Source: Candidatus Saccharimonadales bacterium
Lineage (GTDB): Bacteria > Patescibacteriota > Saccharimonadia > Saccharimonadales > Saccharimonadaceae
Assembly (NCBI GenBank): GCA_046462475.1
Contig: JBKGVB010000033.1
Location: forward strand, 7,192-71,191
Reading direction: 5' to 3'
Length of the DNA stretch: 64,000 nucleotides
In this document: positions 29,394 to 37,756 of the stretch, one piece after another
How the letters are laid out: each line of letters starts with the position of its first letter
Numbering within the stretch: the first letter of the stretch is position 1
Translations under genes and position numbers: made by a program
Notes under the pieces: model-generated
Told to the model about the DNA's origin: nothing
What the model saw: the letters and a program-made list of their open reading frames with translations, nothing else
The model's database searches: none

Positions 29394-30224
29394 ATGAAAC
29401 GGTATCAGAATAATCCATTTTTTGTCGCCGTAGATGGACTGAGGTTACTCTTTAATCTTGCTACTGGCGTCGCTATTTTATTTACTGTCCTGTCTCTACT
29501 TAGTATGTATTCAGGATCGAACCAGCAGCTTCAAACTGTCGAGCAGCAGTATCAAAATAGCTCCTACTCACCAAATACGTCGGTCCAGAAGCAGTATATT
29601 GACAACTTGCGCAGCCATTACTATTTTATTCGTAACTTCGTGCACAACCTAGATGGCACTATGCTCGCACTCCTCATTGGAGCTGGTGTTTTGTTCCTTG
29701 CCGTGGCGATCTTCATAGGTGTTATGCTACGCGGCATTAGTGATTATACGGCCAGCGAACTCGCCAAGGGTAAACCAGTCGCCATCAACGATGCCATACT
29801 AGTCGTTCTTAGGAATTTCTGGGGATACCTTTGGCTGCAGATTGTTATTGGCGTTAAGATATTCCTCTGGTCGCTACTCTTTATCATTCCCGGGATCATC
29901 ATGGCGGTCCGCTATACGTTGTCTGGCGTCAGCTATTTTAGCAATGACATGGGGGCAAATGCCGCTACAAAAAAGAGCGCCGAGCTTACAAAAGGCGCAT
30001 GGCTTACGACATACGCTTCGCATTTTCTCTTTAATCTTGTGACATTCGGCTTGATTACCAGCGTACTTACTCCTGGCACAAATGCAGTACTGTATAGCCA
30101 ATACTCAACCGCCAAGAAGAAACCGAAAGCCCACATGCTGTCCTGGCTAAGCCTACTGGTACCGATCGGTATCATTGTCCTGACAATAATTACCGCTCTG
30201 ATGATTATGGCCCAGCATCGATGA
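29394..30224 (+). CDS. Polytopic membrane protein
   Basis: Several TM helices. No family recognised with confidence. Confidence 0.6.
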   Translation: MKRYQNNPFFVAVDGLRLLFNLATGVAILFTVLSLLSMYSGSNQQLQTVEQQYQNSSYSPNTSVQKQYIDNLRSHYYFIRNFVHNLDGTMLALLIGAGVLFLAVAIFIGVMLRGISDYTASELAKGKPVAINDAILVVLRNFWGYLWLQIVIGVKIFLWSLLFIIPGIIMAVRYTLSGVSYFSNDMGANAATKKSAELTKGAWLTTYASHFLFNLVTFGLITSVLTPGTNAVLYSQYSTAKKKPKAHMLSWLSLLVPIGIIVLTIITALMIMAQHR

Positions 30225-31006
30225 GACCCGACTACTGGCAACAACAAACCCCAGGCAAGCCACTGTTTCCCGGTATAGGCTGGAACAAACCAGAACGACG
30301 CGACCAAGCCGGAAGACTTGGTATTATCGGAGGCAATAAACTCGGTTTCGTCGCTGTTGCCGAAGGCTATCAGGCGGCGCTTGAGACTGGGGCAGGGCAC
30401 GTTCGCGTCCTACTGCCAGATGTATTGAAGAAGACCATTCCCGCCTCCATTACCGACGCATTATTTGCGCCTACAACACCAAGCGGCAGTTTGTCGCGAG
30501 ACGCCGTAGCAGAACTTGCAGCGCTTGAAGCCTGGGCAGATGGGATATTGCTCATTGGCGACACAGGACGCAATAGCGAAACGGCGATTCTCTACGAAGA
30601 ATTTATTTCTCACTACGAAGGCCCTCTTACGATCACTCGCGATGCTATAGATCTCGTCAAAAATAGCCCACGCTTACTCGCCGAGCGACCAAATACACTG
30701 ATCGTCGCTAGTTTTGCGCAGGTGCAGAAGCTATTTCAAGGAGTCTACTACCCAAAGATGCTTGCCTTTAGTATGCAGTTGCTTCAGCTAGTCGAGACAC
30801 TTCATAAATTCACCATCACATATCCGTGCACCATCTTAACACTCCACAAAGATACACTCATAATCGCATCCGCAGGGCGTGTAGTGACACAAGCATGGGA
30901 TCAGCCTATGGCAATCTGGCGGGGAAGCGTAGCTACTCGTGCGGCAAGCTATCTGCTATGGAATCCTGCAACACCTCTCGAAGCTGTCGCTGCATCTATT
31001 GAATAA
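30221..31006 (+). CDS. YjeF-C / NAD(P)HX dehydratase-like carbohydrate-kinase-fold protein
   Basis: LGIIGGNKLGFVAVAEGYQAALETGAGHVRVLLP resembles the GG....GA...A..AAL..GAG motif. ATGA overlap with the upstream gene. Confidence 0.5.
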   Translation: MRPDYWQQQTPGKPLFPGIGWNKPERRDQAGRLGIIGGNKLGFVAVAEGYQAALETGAGHVRVLLPDVLKKTIPASITDALFAPTTPSGSLSRDAVAELAALEAWADGILLIGDTGRNSETAILYEEFISHYEGPLTITRDAIDLVKNSPRLLAERPNTLIVASFAQVQKLFQGVYYPKMLAFSMQLLQLVETLHKFTITYPCTILTLHKDTLIIASAGRVVTQAWDQPMAIWRGSVATRAASYLLWNPATPLEAVAASIE

Positions 31007-31034
31007 TCACTATATACATTATATAATAAAGCCA

Positions 31035-31877
31035 ATGTCAGCTATAGAACAGTTACCAGTCGAGCCAACTCGTTATGAGCGGACCTCAGCATTTCAGAGT
31101 TTCGCCTCTGCTACCATGGCGCTTGATCAGCTTGGTCATCTGAAATCTTTTACGACAAACGACTACCGTGCGCTTGAAGCAGCCAAACGATCGTTGTCAG
31201 ACGCAACAGAAATCTTTGAAGCAAGCGACAACCCAGTAAATGCGCTTCGCGCTCGCACTTCCTTGGCTTTTGCCGATCTTACCGCTCGTCGCAATGAACT
31301 CATCTCCCGACGAAACGAATGGCGGCTTCCCGAAGGATTTCATGAGCTATTCATGAAAAGAGCTTTTATAAATGCCGGACAGGTGGCAATAGATGGACTC
31401 GACCTATATGAACGCGAACGTCTCAACCCAGAGCGACGCCGACATATAGCAGGCTTTTTGCACGAGCTCACAACACTTCTCGTGACACTTCGCGATGATC
31501 CTCTTCGTTTTGGTGTTCCTGCGAGCATCTATGACGATCAATTTAGCGACGGATTCCACTTCGATATTATGCTTTATGACCTCACGAAACCTCATGATAT
31601 GCGTCGCGCAGTTGATGTAAAGGCCTTTCAGAGGCGCGGCGAGGCCCCTAAGCCTAACTCTCGATTTGCGCGCGTGCTCTACGCATCAGACACTCTTCGC
31701 AACAATAAGCATACGACTTTCTGGAAGACAAGCGAGCCAGCCGCTAATCGACCGCACTTCCCAACACTCCGAGCACTAGTCGGCGAGCCAATGATCGAGT
31801 CGCCTATAGAAGTAAGAGAGAAGCTCTCGGCAATCCAGCAAGACTTATTTGAGCAAGCTTTTAGTGAGAAGTGGTAG
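31035..31877 (+). CDS. Hypothetical protein (280 aa) with a possible PD-(D/E)XK-like motif
   Basis: The motif is HFDIML...18 aa...VDVKA. Start trimmed to the ATG at 31035. Confidence 0.55.
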   Translation: MSAIEQLPVEPTRYERTSAFQSFASATMALDQLGHLKSFTTNDYRALEAAKRSLSDATEIFEASDNPVNALRARTSLAFADLTARRNELISRRNEWRLPEGFHELFMKRAFINAGQVAIDGLDLYERERLNPERRRHIAGFLHELTTLLVTLRDDPLRFGVPASIYDDQFSDGFHFDIMLYDLTKPHDMRRAVDVKAFQRRGEAPKPNSRFARVLYASDTLRNNKHTTFWKTSEPAANRPHFPTLRALVGEPMIESPIEVREKLSAIQQDLFEQAFSEKW

Positions 31878-32032
31878 GATTTATGTCATATATGTAGTCT
31901 TTTTTTCATCGGCGCGTGGAGGAAGTGGCATCTTTCGACCCAAAGAGATACATGGTATCACCGTACTCCGTTCACCTTGCTTCACTGAGAAAAGCTTGTT
32001 TCCGCTGCCGAACCGTATGAGTCGTCAGTTTA

Positions 32033-32737
32033 CTACAAATATGATATTCCTATAGATACACACCCATTGCTGTACGTCGATAGGGTATAATCGCCGCCGC
32101 CTTGGAACCACCCAGAAGTGAAAAGCTCTGGTGCATCTAACTCTTCACATGGTCCGCACGTAGCTGGCGGCTGCGGGTAGAGACTATCATCGGTGACAGT
32201 GACCGTCAGATAATTAGTGTCCGGATCATACACAGCACGAAACCCTTGCTCCGGTTTATCGAGTACATACTGGATACCTGGCTGACTCGAATCAAGATCC
32301 GCTGCTTGCCTAACGTCTTGCTCTGTATCATACCCAAATAGCTTCGCCGACCATTCATTCACCGTGTTACTATCAGCATTACACGCTACTAGACGACCTT
32401 GAGCGTCTGCGCGCACCTGCGTATCGCCACACATTTCACTGTGCGGATCACAGTCCGCAGGCCCAGGCTTCGTCGACACGGGGTCAGATGGTGCAGGAGA
32501 GGGGTTTAGCGAGGGAGATGTAGGTCTCGCTTGGGTATTACAATCCACACCATCTGCAGCAAAGACTGGAGTACTTATCGACACGACACCTCCAGCAGCG
32601 AGTATACACAACAACAGCCCAAGACTCTTCCGAAGGGGCGGGCAGAAAAACATTGCGAGCCCACACAGCAGCACTACGATAGCGACGAGCACTACCATCC
32701 ACATATTCATTCCTGTCTGAGCTAAACACACTTCCAT
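32033..32737 (-). CDS. Secreted or membrane-anchored Cys-containing protein
   Basis: Two N-terminal hydrophobic segments ending in VFA|ADG, then a Pro/Ser-rich linker. Start uncertain (several Met within the first 14 codons). Confidence 0.55.
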   Translation of the reverse strand: MEVCLAQTGMNMWMVVLVAIVVLLCGLAMFFCPPLRKSLGLLLCILAAGGVVSISTPVFAADGVDCNTQARPTSPSLNPSPAPSDPVSTKPGPADCDPHSEMCGDTQVRADAQGRLVACNADSNTVNEWSAKLFGYDTEQDVRQAADLDSSQPGIQYVLDKPEQGFRAVYDPDTNYLTVTVTDDSLYPQPPATCGPCEELDAPELFTSGWFQGGGDYTLSTYSNGCVSIGISYL

Positions 32738-32833
32738 GGGTTGATCCTGTTTTAATTACTATTATTGTATTTATGCATAGATCGCATTAATTTCATTGTA
32801 GCATGAGAATCCGCGTTTGCAACATACTTTTTA

Positions 32834-33427
32834 CTACCTATATGATTGAGGTATAGCAACAATCACGTCACGGCCGTCATTCGCGCCACCAAGCGTACAT
32901 GAATAGAGAGTGAGACGAGGAGCAGATGTTCGAGCTTCTATAGAGATAGCGTTTGGCTGTACTGCAAATTTCTGTGACACTTTATAGACATATCTCACAT
33001 GCTGATAGTCGACGATGATTTTTTTACCCACCGTTAACTCACCGATACGATAAAAAGGGGAACGCTTGTTTGTCCCACCTGGTGTAAAGTCCATATAGAA
33101 ACGATGTGCGGCTAGCACAAAATTGCCCCCGTCTCGCGGATTGCCATTCTCGGAATGCCGCCACCAGGCGCCTTTTTCGAGTGCTGCTTCACCTCTGCCA
33201 AATGGTACCTTTACGTCGATAGACGGGATGTAGAGCATCGCTGTGGCAGGTCGCCGAGTGGATTTTTTCAGGACTTGGACCGTTTGGTTGTTCGTAGGAC
33301 TCGAAGTAATACGTTTCATTTCCGGCGAGCTCGCAAGCAGTAGCACATATATGCCGAGCACGACGAAACCACAGGCAACTATCTTGAGTAGCCAGCGTCT
33401 TGTGTATGCTCTATGGAGTCGTAGCAT
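32834..33427 (-). CDS. Sortase-family transpeptidase
   Basis: N-terminal TM helix, LAAHR His motif, TLYSCT Cys motif, and an Arg 9 residues downstream. Confidence 0.75.
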   Translation of the reverse strand: MLRLHRAYTRRWLLKIVACGFVVLGIYVLLLASSPEMKRITSSPTNNQTVQVLKKSTRRPATAMLYIPSIDVKVPFGRGEAALEKGAWWRHSENGNPRDGGNFVLAAHRFYMDFTPGGTNKRSPFYRIGELTVGKKIIVDYQHVRYVYKVSQKFAVQPNAISIEARTSAPRLTLYSCTLGGANDGRDVIVAIPQSYR

Positions 33428-33487
33428 GGGTATATTTTAGCTTGTTTTATGCATAAAAGGTAATAATGCACTGAATATATTTTTCTA

Positions 33488-33496
33488 TGGTATACT
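33488..33496 (+). promoter_or_regulatory. Extended -10 box TGGTATACT, 6 nt before the pilin ATG (implies a leaderless mRNA)
   Basis: The same 9-mer occurs at 34178 before the TetR gene. Confidence 0.45.
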
Positions 33497-33502
33497 TCCC
33501 AT

Positions 33503-34087
33503 ATGTCACGAAGCACAAGCGGCTTTACACTCGTAGAACTTCTCATAGTTTGTGCTGTTATCGTCTTACTGGCAATCATCACGGGCATGACCTATAGGGG
33601 ATATGTAAAACAGACACGAGATACCGAGCGTCAATCAGATATTCAAGCCATACGATCGGCCCTCGAAAAATATTACGATAAAAATGGCGAATATCCTGAT
33701 ATGTCCAATCCTGCTATGCAGAACTGCGACCCGATGAGCCAAAGCGCACGCGACTCGTTACTCACACTTCTTCCTGGATTAGCCGCAGCAACAATGATTG
33801 CGCCAAATGCCAAAGCAGGAACAGTAACCTCTGTCTGCACCAGCAACGCCATACCGTCGAACACGACAACATATAGATACATGACCGTTGTCTACACTTC
33901 CACATACTGCAAATTCAAAATTGCAAGAGAAACGATAAGAAATGACATCGGTAGCGGATACTACATCTTGATGTACCGGGATGAATCCACCGGACTCGTG
34001 CATTTTTACCGAAGTAAACGAGGTGGACTTACGGTCGACCCTTCCAGCACACCTACGCCTCCTCAAACATGCAATTTCTCAAGCTAG
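33503..34087 (+). CDS. Type IV pilin-like protein (194 aa)
   Basis: MSRSTSG|FTLVELLIV prepilin signal. The EKYYDKNGEYP motif is shared with the 716-aa pilin. Confidence 0.85.
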   Translation: MSRSTSGFTLVELLIVCAVIVLLAIITGMTYRGYVKQTRDTERQSDIQAIRSALEKYYDKNGEYPDMSNPAMQNCDPMSQSARDSLLTLLPGLAAATMIAPNAKAGTVTSVCTSNAIPSNTTTYRYMTVVYTSTYCKFKIARETIRNDIGSGYYILMYRDESTGLVHFYRSKRGGLTVDPSSTPTPPQTCNFSS

Positions 34088-34177
34088 TCCGCAAAAAGTC
34101 ACTAAGTCCCTAATCCGTCAACCTTACATTTTTACTAAAGGCATTATATTAATGCATCTTGTAAATTAATAGTGCAG

Positions 34178-34186
34178 TGGTATACT
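34178..34186 (+). promoter_or_regulatory. Extended -10 box TGGTATACT
   Basis: Lies 10 nt before the ATG at 34197. Confidence 0.4.
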
Positions 34187-34196
34187 TTAACTAATT

Positions 34197-34793
34197 ATGA
34201 CTAAACCGACTGGACTAAGGGAACGAAAAAAACAGCAAACAAAAGATGCTATCTTAAAGAGCGCCTATTATCTTTTCAAGAAAAAGGGGTATGAAGACAC
34301 TTCGATCGAAGAGATCACCGCACGGGCCGAATTTGCGCCACGAACATTCTTCCTCCATTTTTCATCGAAAGAGGACCTAGTATTTCCATATCTCGACGAG
34401 ATCATGCAGTCGCTAAAAGCGATGTTTGAGCAGCGTGGTGACACACCAACGCTTATCGCTTTCAAGCAGTGGCAGCTCGATATTGCCACGGAGATCAAAT
34501 CGCTCAAAGACGAGGACCACGATGCCATCCGCCGCGAGCTACTCGCATCAAGTCGCCACTTGCAGGCACGACTCAGCAACATGCTCGACGACATCGAAGC
34601 GATTCTCGCCGTCGAACTAGCAAAAGACCGCCACCTCACAAAACCAGACCTCTCAGCCCGTGTGGCCGCCGCAGCCGCTCTCGCAATCTTTACTGCACTA
34701 TACGAGTACGGCATCGAACGTCTTTCTCGCAAAGAGATCACCGAAGCTGTTGATTTAGCTGCCACTTGCCTCAAAGACACACTCGAAGTGTAG
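34197..34793 (+). CDS. TetR-family transcriptional regulator
   Basis: N-terminal HTH region RERKKQQTKDAILKSAYYLFKKKGYEDTSIEEITARAEFAPRTFFLHF. Confidence 0.85.
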   Translation: MTKPTGLRERKKQQTKDAILKSAYYLFKKKGYEDTSIEEITARAEFAPRTFFLHFSSKEDLVFPYLDEIMQSLKAMFEQRGDTPTLIAFKQWQLDIATEIKSLKDEDHDAIRRELLASSRHLQARLSNMLDDIEAILAVELAKDRHLTKPDLSARVAAAAALAIFTALYEYGIERLSRKEITEAVDLAATCLKDTLEV

Positions 34794-35094
34794 AGGCCAG
34801 CGTATAGCAAACCAGTTTGTAGGACTCCACTTATTCTGATCCCTGCGCGCGGTAAGGACCAACTTTTTCGCAAAGAGATCATATAATCAATCAACGCCTC
34901 TATCGATTTCCTTAGAAAAACCATCAAACTTTCCGAGCTCTAGTAGGAGACATTTTGGCTCAAAAATCGCTTTACAATCTCCCACATAGTGCCATATAAT
35001 GCAACTACTGTATGAATAACATTTGTGCAACAATCTGTCACATAAGCCCCTCTCTCGCACTACGAAGGGCAGTATCTAAGCCTTAAATGCTGCT

Positions 35095-35688
35095 ATGACC
35101 GACACAACCGGACTACGACATCGCAAGAAACAGCAGACGAGAAGAGCCCTCCTCCAGAGCGCATATGACTTATTCGAAGAAAAAGGATTTCGTGAGACCT
35201 CCATCGAAGATATTACGACACGAGCAAACTTCGCGCCGCGAACCTTTTTCCTGCATTTTACCTCCAAAGAAGAATTACTTTTCATAGACTCAGACTGGAT
35301 GGCAGCGCAACTTGTAGAAATATTCAAGCATCGAGGCAGCATGACCGCCCTAGCAGCCTTTAAGAAGTGGCAAGACGATATCATCATACCCACACTCTCG
35401 AAAAACCGCGAGTATGAAGATATCCGACGACGCCTTATAATGAGCTGTCCTCAGGGCCAGGCAAGAGTCGCTAGCTACGTCAATGACGCAAAGACTCGAC
35501 TTGCAGACGAACTGGCAAAGGACCGCGACCTCACGACGCCTGACTTATCAACGCTTGTCACTGCCGCTGCCGCGGTAGCAATCTTTGTTGTCTTTTACGA
35601 ACAGGGAATCCAGCATATCTCTCGCGCAGAAATCGCCCGAGCAATCCACGATGCCACCGAACAGCTCACAGGCTCTCTTGAGACTTAG
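35095..35688 (+). CDS. TetR-family transcriptional regulator (paralogue of 34197-34793)
   Basis: RHRKKQQTRRALLQSAYDLFEEKGFRETSIEDITTRANFAPRTFFLHF. Collinear similarity to the neighbouring TetR along the full length. Confidence 0.85.
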   Translation: MTDTTGLRHRKKQQTRRALLQSAYDLFEEKGFRETSIEDITTRANFAPRTFFLHFTSKEELLFIDSDWMAAQLVEIFKHRGSMTALAAFKKWQDDIIIPTLSKNREYEDIRRRLIMSCPQGQARVASYVNDAKTRLADELAKDRDLTTPDLSTLVTAAAAVAIFVVFYEQGIQHISRAEIARAIHDATEQLTGSLET

Positions 35689-35754
35689 CCGGGAATGCAG
35701 CAGTCATCCCTCCGATAGAGCAAATAAAATGGGATGCGAAGCTGTATGCTGTTT

Positions 35755-36294
35755 TCAGGAAGCAGTAGCGTCGCTATCTCTAGTAATAACCAATGGACTG
35801 ACTTGTTCGACATAATAGCGCACATTCCAATTCATAGTGTCTACTGGCATATTTATACCTTTTGTCACCGTACATATCGTCGCTCCCAGGGTCGGATTCC
35901 GCATTTCATGCTTCGTCCCACTCATATCAATCCATACTAGAAGATTGTATTTCGGATTATACAAGACGAGACAATATGCAGGACGCGGACTAGCATCACT
36001 CTGCCGCGGAGTACTTGTATAGGCATACTTATTTCCGCCACTAAGCGCAAAGCCTTTGCCGTCATTTACAGACGAGGGGTCCTCTGGATACATCGACGAG
36101 TCGAAGTCTTTTGTCAGTTCAAGCTGTTGAGATCCGTTGTTTAAGTCACTATCCAAGGTAGTCTTAATAGCTCGAGATTGTATGCCGCTATACGATACAG
36201 TAGCTATCGACGCAAGGATCGCTATCACTACGATAACAACCACGAGCTCCACGATCGTGAAGCCAGCTGTCTGATTCTTTCGGTATATGCCCAT
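35755..36294 (-). CDS. Type IV pilin-like protein (179 aa)
   Basis: MGIYRKNQTAG|FTIVELVVV prepilin signal. Confidence 0.85.
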   Translation of the reverse strand: MGIYRKNQTAGFTIVELVVVIVVIAILASIATVSYSGIQSRAIKTTLDSDLNNGSQQLELTKDFDSSMYPEDPSSVNDGKGFALSGGNKYAYTSTPRQSDASPRPAYCLVLYNPKYNLLVWIDMSGTKHEMRNPTLGATICTVTKGINMPVDTMNWNVRYYVEQVSPLVITRDSDATAS

Positions 36295-36370
36295 GTGTTA
36301 TTATTTTACTGCATTGATACTAAAGATACATCAACTGCACTATATAATATCACAGGCCCCACTGCCAAAG

Positions 36371-36395
36371 AAAAAAGAGTGCGACCTGCACTCTC
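36371..36395 (-). terminator. Rho-independent terminator after tRNA-Leu
   Basis: Minus strand reads GAGAGTGC-aggtc-GCACTCT followed by TTTTTT. Confidence 0.65.
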
Positions 36396-36406
36396 AACTT
36401 CCTACT

Positions 36407-36494
36407 TGGTACCGCGGGCCGGACTTGAACCGGCACGTCCGTATTGGACATCAGATTTTGAGTCTAACGTGTCTACCAATTCCACCACCGCGGC
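36407..36494 (-). tRNA. tRNA-Leu (anticodon CAA), class II with a long variable arm and encoded CCA
   Basis: Minus strand: GCCGCGG-TG-...GGAATTGGTAG..., anticodon loop CTCAAAA, T arm CCGGTTCAAGTCCGG, 3' end CCGCGGTACCA. Confidence 0.9.
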
Positions 36495-36552
36495 TTACTC
36501 AAAATAACCTATCGTATTGTACAATAGATAGTAATAGGAATCTACAGCAAGC

Positions 36553-37755
36553 ATGCAACCAAAAGACACTAACGCACCGGTTCCAGACGACAATTCACGT
36601 GGGCAAGTTATACCTCCAGCCCGCGATTATTCAAAATCTCACGATGCAGTAGCAAATATGACACGTGAACAGATCAATCAAGTATACGCCCAGCAGACGA
36701 CGAACGAGCAGCAGGCGAACGAGACAGCCGGGACTACTCAAGGAAATCCTTACCAGCGCACACTTACAGACAATCCTCACGAACGCACTACCTCCGACTG
36801 GCAGCGCTATCATAGCGCATGGCAAGATTACTACCAAAAATATTATGAGCGCTACTACGTCAATGCAGCACATACAACCCATCAAGCCTACCAAGCTCAT
36901 GCCGCCAAGCTAGAGGAAGAGGCTAAAAGGACCAAAGAAGAGCTCGCCTCGCATGATGATGAGCCAATGACTCAAGATGAGGCACTGTACGACCTACGCT
37001 CGCAGCTACTCACGAAGGTGCAAGATGGGGCAAAGAAAGTACGCCACTCGAGACACTTTATTCCACTTATCTCAGCGGCATGCGTATTGCTTGTATTTGT
37101 CTTCTTGCAGTACAACGCGATCATCTTTGCGACGGTCGCAGCATATACAAGTCCCGGCAATATCGATCCAGCAAATCTCATCGTTAATCCAGATCTGTCT
37201 GTAAAGGTAGGGAAGGAGCCTCGCATTATCATTCCAAAGCTCAATATCGATATTGGAGTAAGCTACGACGCAAAACCAGACTATAACTCACAGATGGCTG
37301 CAATGGCCAGTGGTACGGCATATTTTGGCATTGCCGGAGCAAATAGCCTGCCAGGGCAGCGTGGCAACGTACCGATTGCCGGGCACTCATCAAGTGAGTT
37401 CTATGATACCGGTAAGGCAAAATTCATCTTTGCCAGGCTCGACCAATTGACCAAGGGTGATATCTTTTATCTCAATTACAACGGCACCCGCTACACCTAT
37501 AGCGTGACCACCAAGAAGGTAGTCGCACCAAATGACGTAGCGTCCTTGCAGATTGGCGCAGACAAACCATACGCCACGCTCATTACCTGTACGCCTGTCG
37601 GTACAGCACAGAGCCGCCTCCTTGTCTTCGCCGAGCAAATCAGCCCCGATCCTTCGACTGCAAAGCCAGCACCAAATGCAGATACTGGCACACAAGATGT
37701 TCAGATGGCCGGCACTTCACCTACATTGCTCGAGCGAGCATTTGGTGCACGATAA
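36553..37755 (+). CDS. Sortase-domain protein with a long Gln/Tyr/Thr-rich cytoplasmic N-terminal extension
   Basis: TM helix near aa 175. IAGHSSS His motif, TLITCTP Cys motif and a downstream Arg (SRLLVFA). Confidence 0.8.
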   Translation: MQPKDTNAPVPDDNSRGQVIPPARDYSKSHDAVANMTREQINQVYAQQTTNEQQANETAGTTQGNPYQRTLTDNPHERTTSDWQRYHSAWQDYYQKYYERYYVNAAHTTHQAYQAHAAKLEEEAKRTKEELASHDDEPMTQDEALYDLRSQLLTKVQDGAKKVRHSRHFIPLISAACVLLVFVFLQYNAIIFATVAAYTSPGNIDPANLIVNPDLSVKVGKEPRIIIPKLNIDIGVSYDAKPDYNSQMAAMASGTAYFGIAGANSLPGQRGNVPIAGHSSSEFYDTGKAKFIFARLDQLTKGDIFYLNYNGTRYTYSVTTKKVVAPNDVASLQIGADKPYATLITCTPVGTAQSRLLVFAEQISPDPSTAKPAPNADTGTQDVQMAGTSPTLLERAFGAR

Positions 37756-37756
37756 A

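Noticed and set aside
32711-32725. A LAQTG motif followed by a hydrophobic stretch and RK, resembling a class E sortase sorting signal, next to a sortase gene
   Set aside because: It sits at the extreme N-terminus of the 32033-32737 ORF, upstream of more likely internal start codons. Sorting signals are C-terminal, so this is probably a coincidence of an over-extended ORF.
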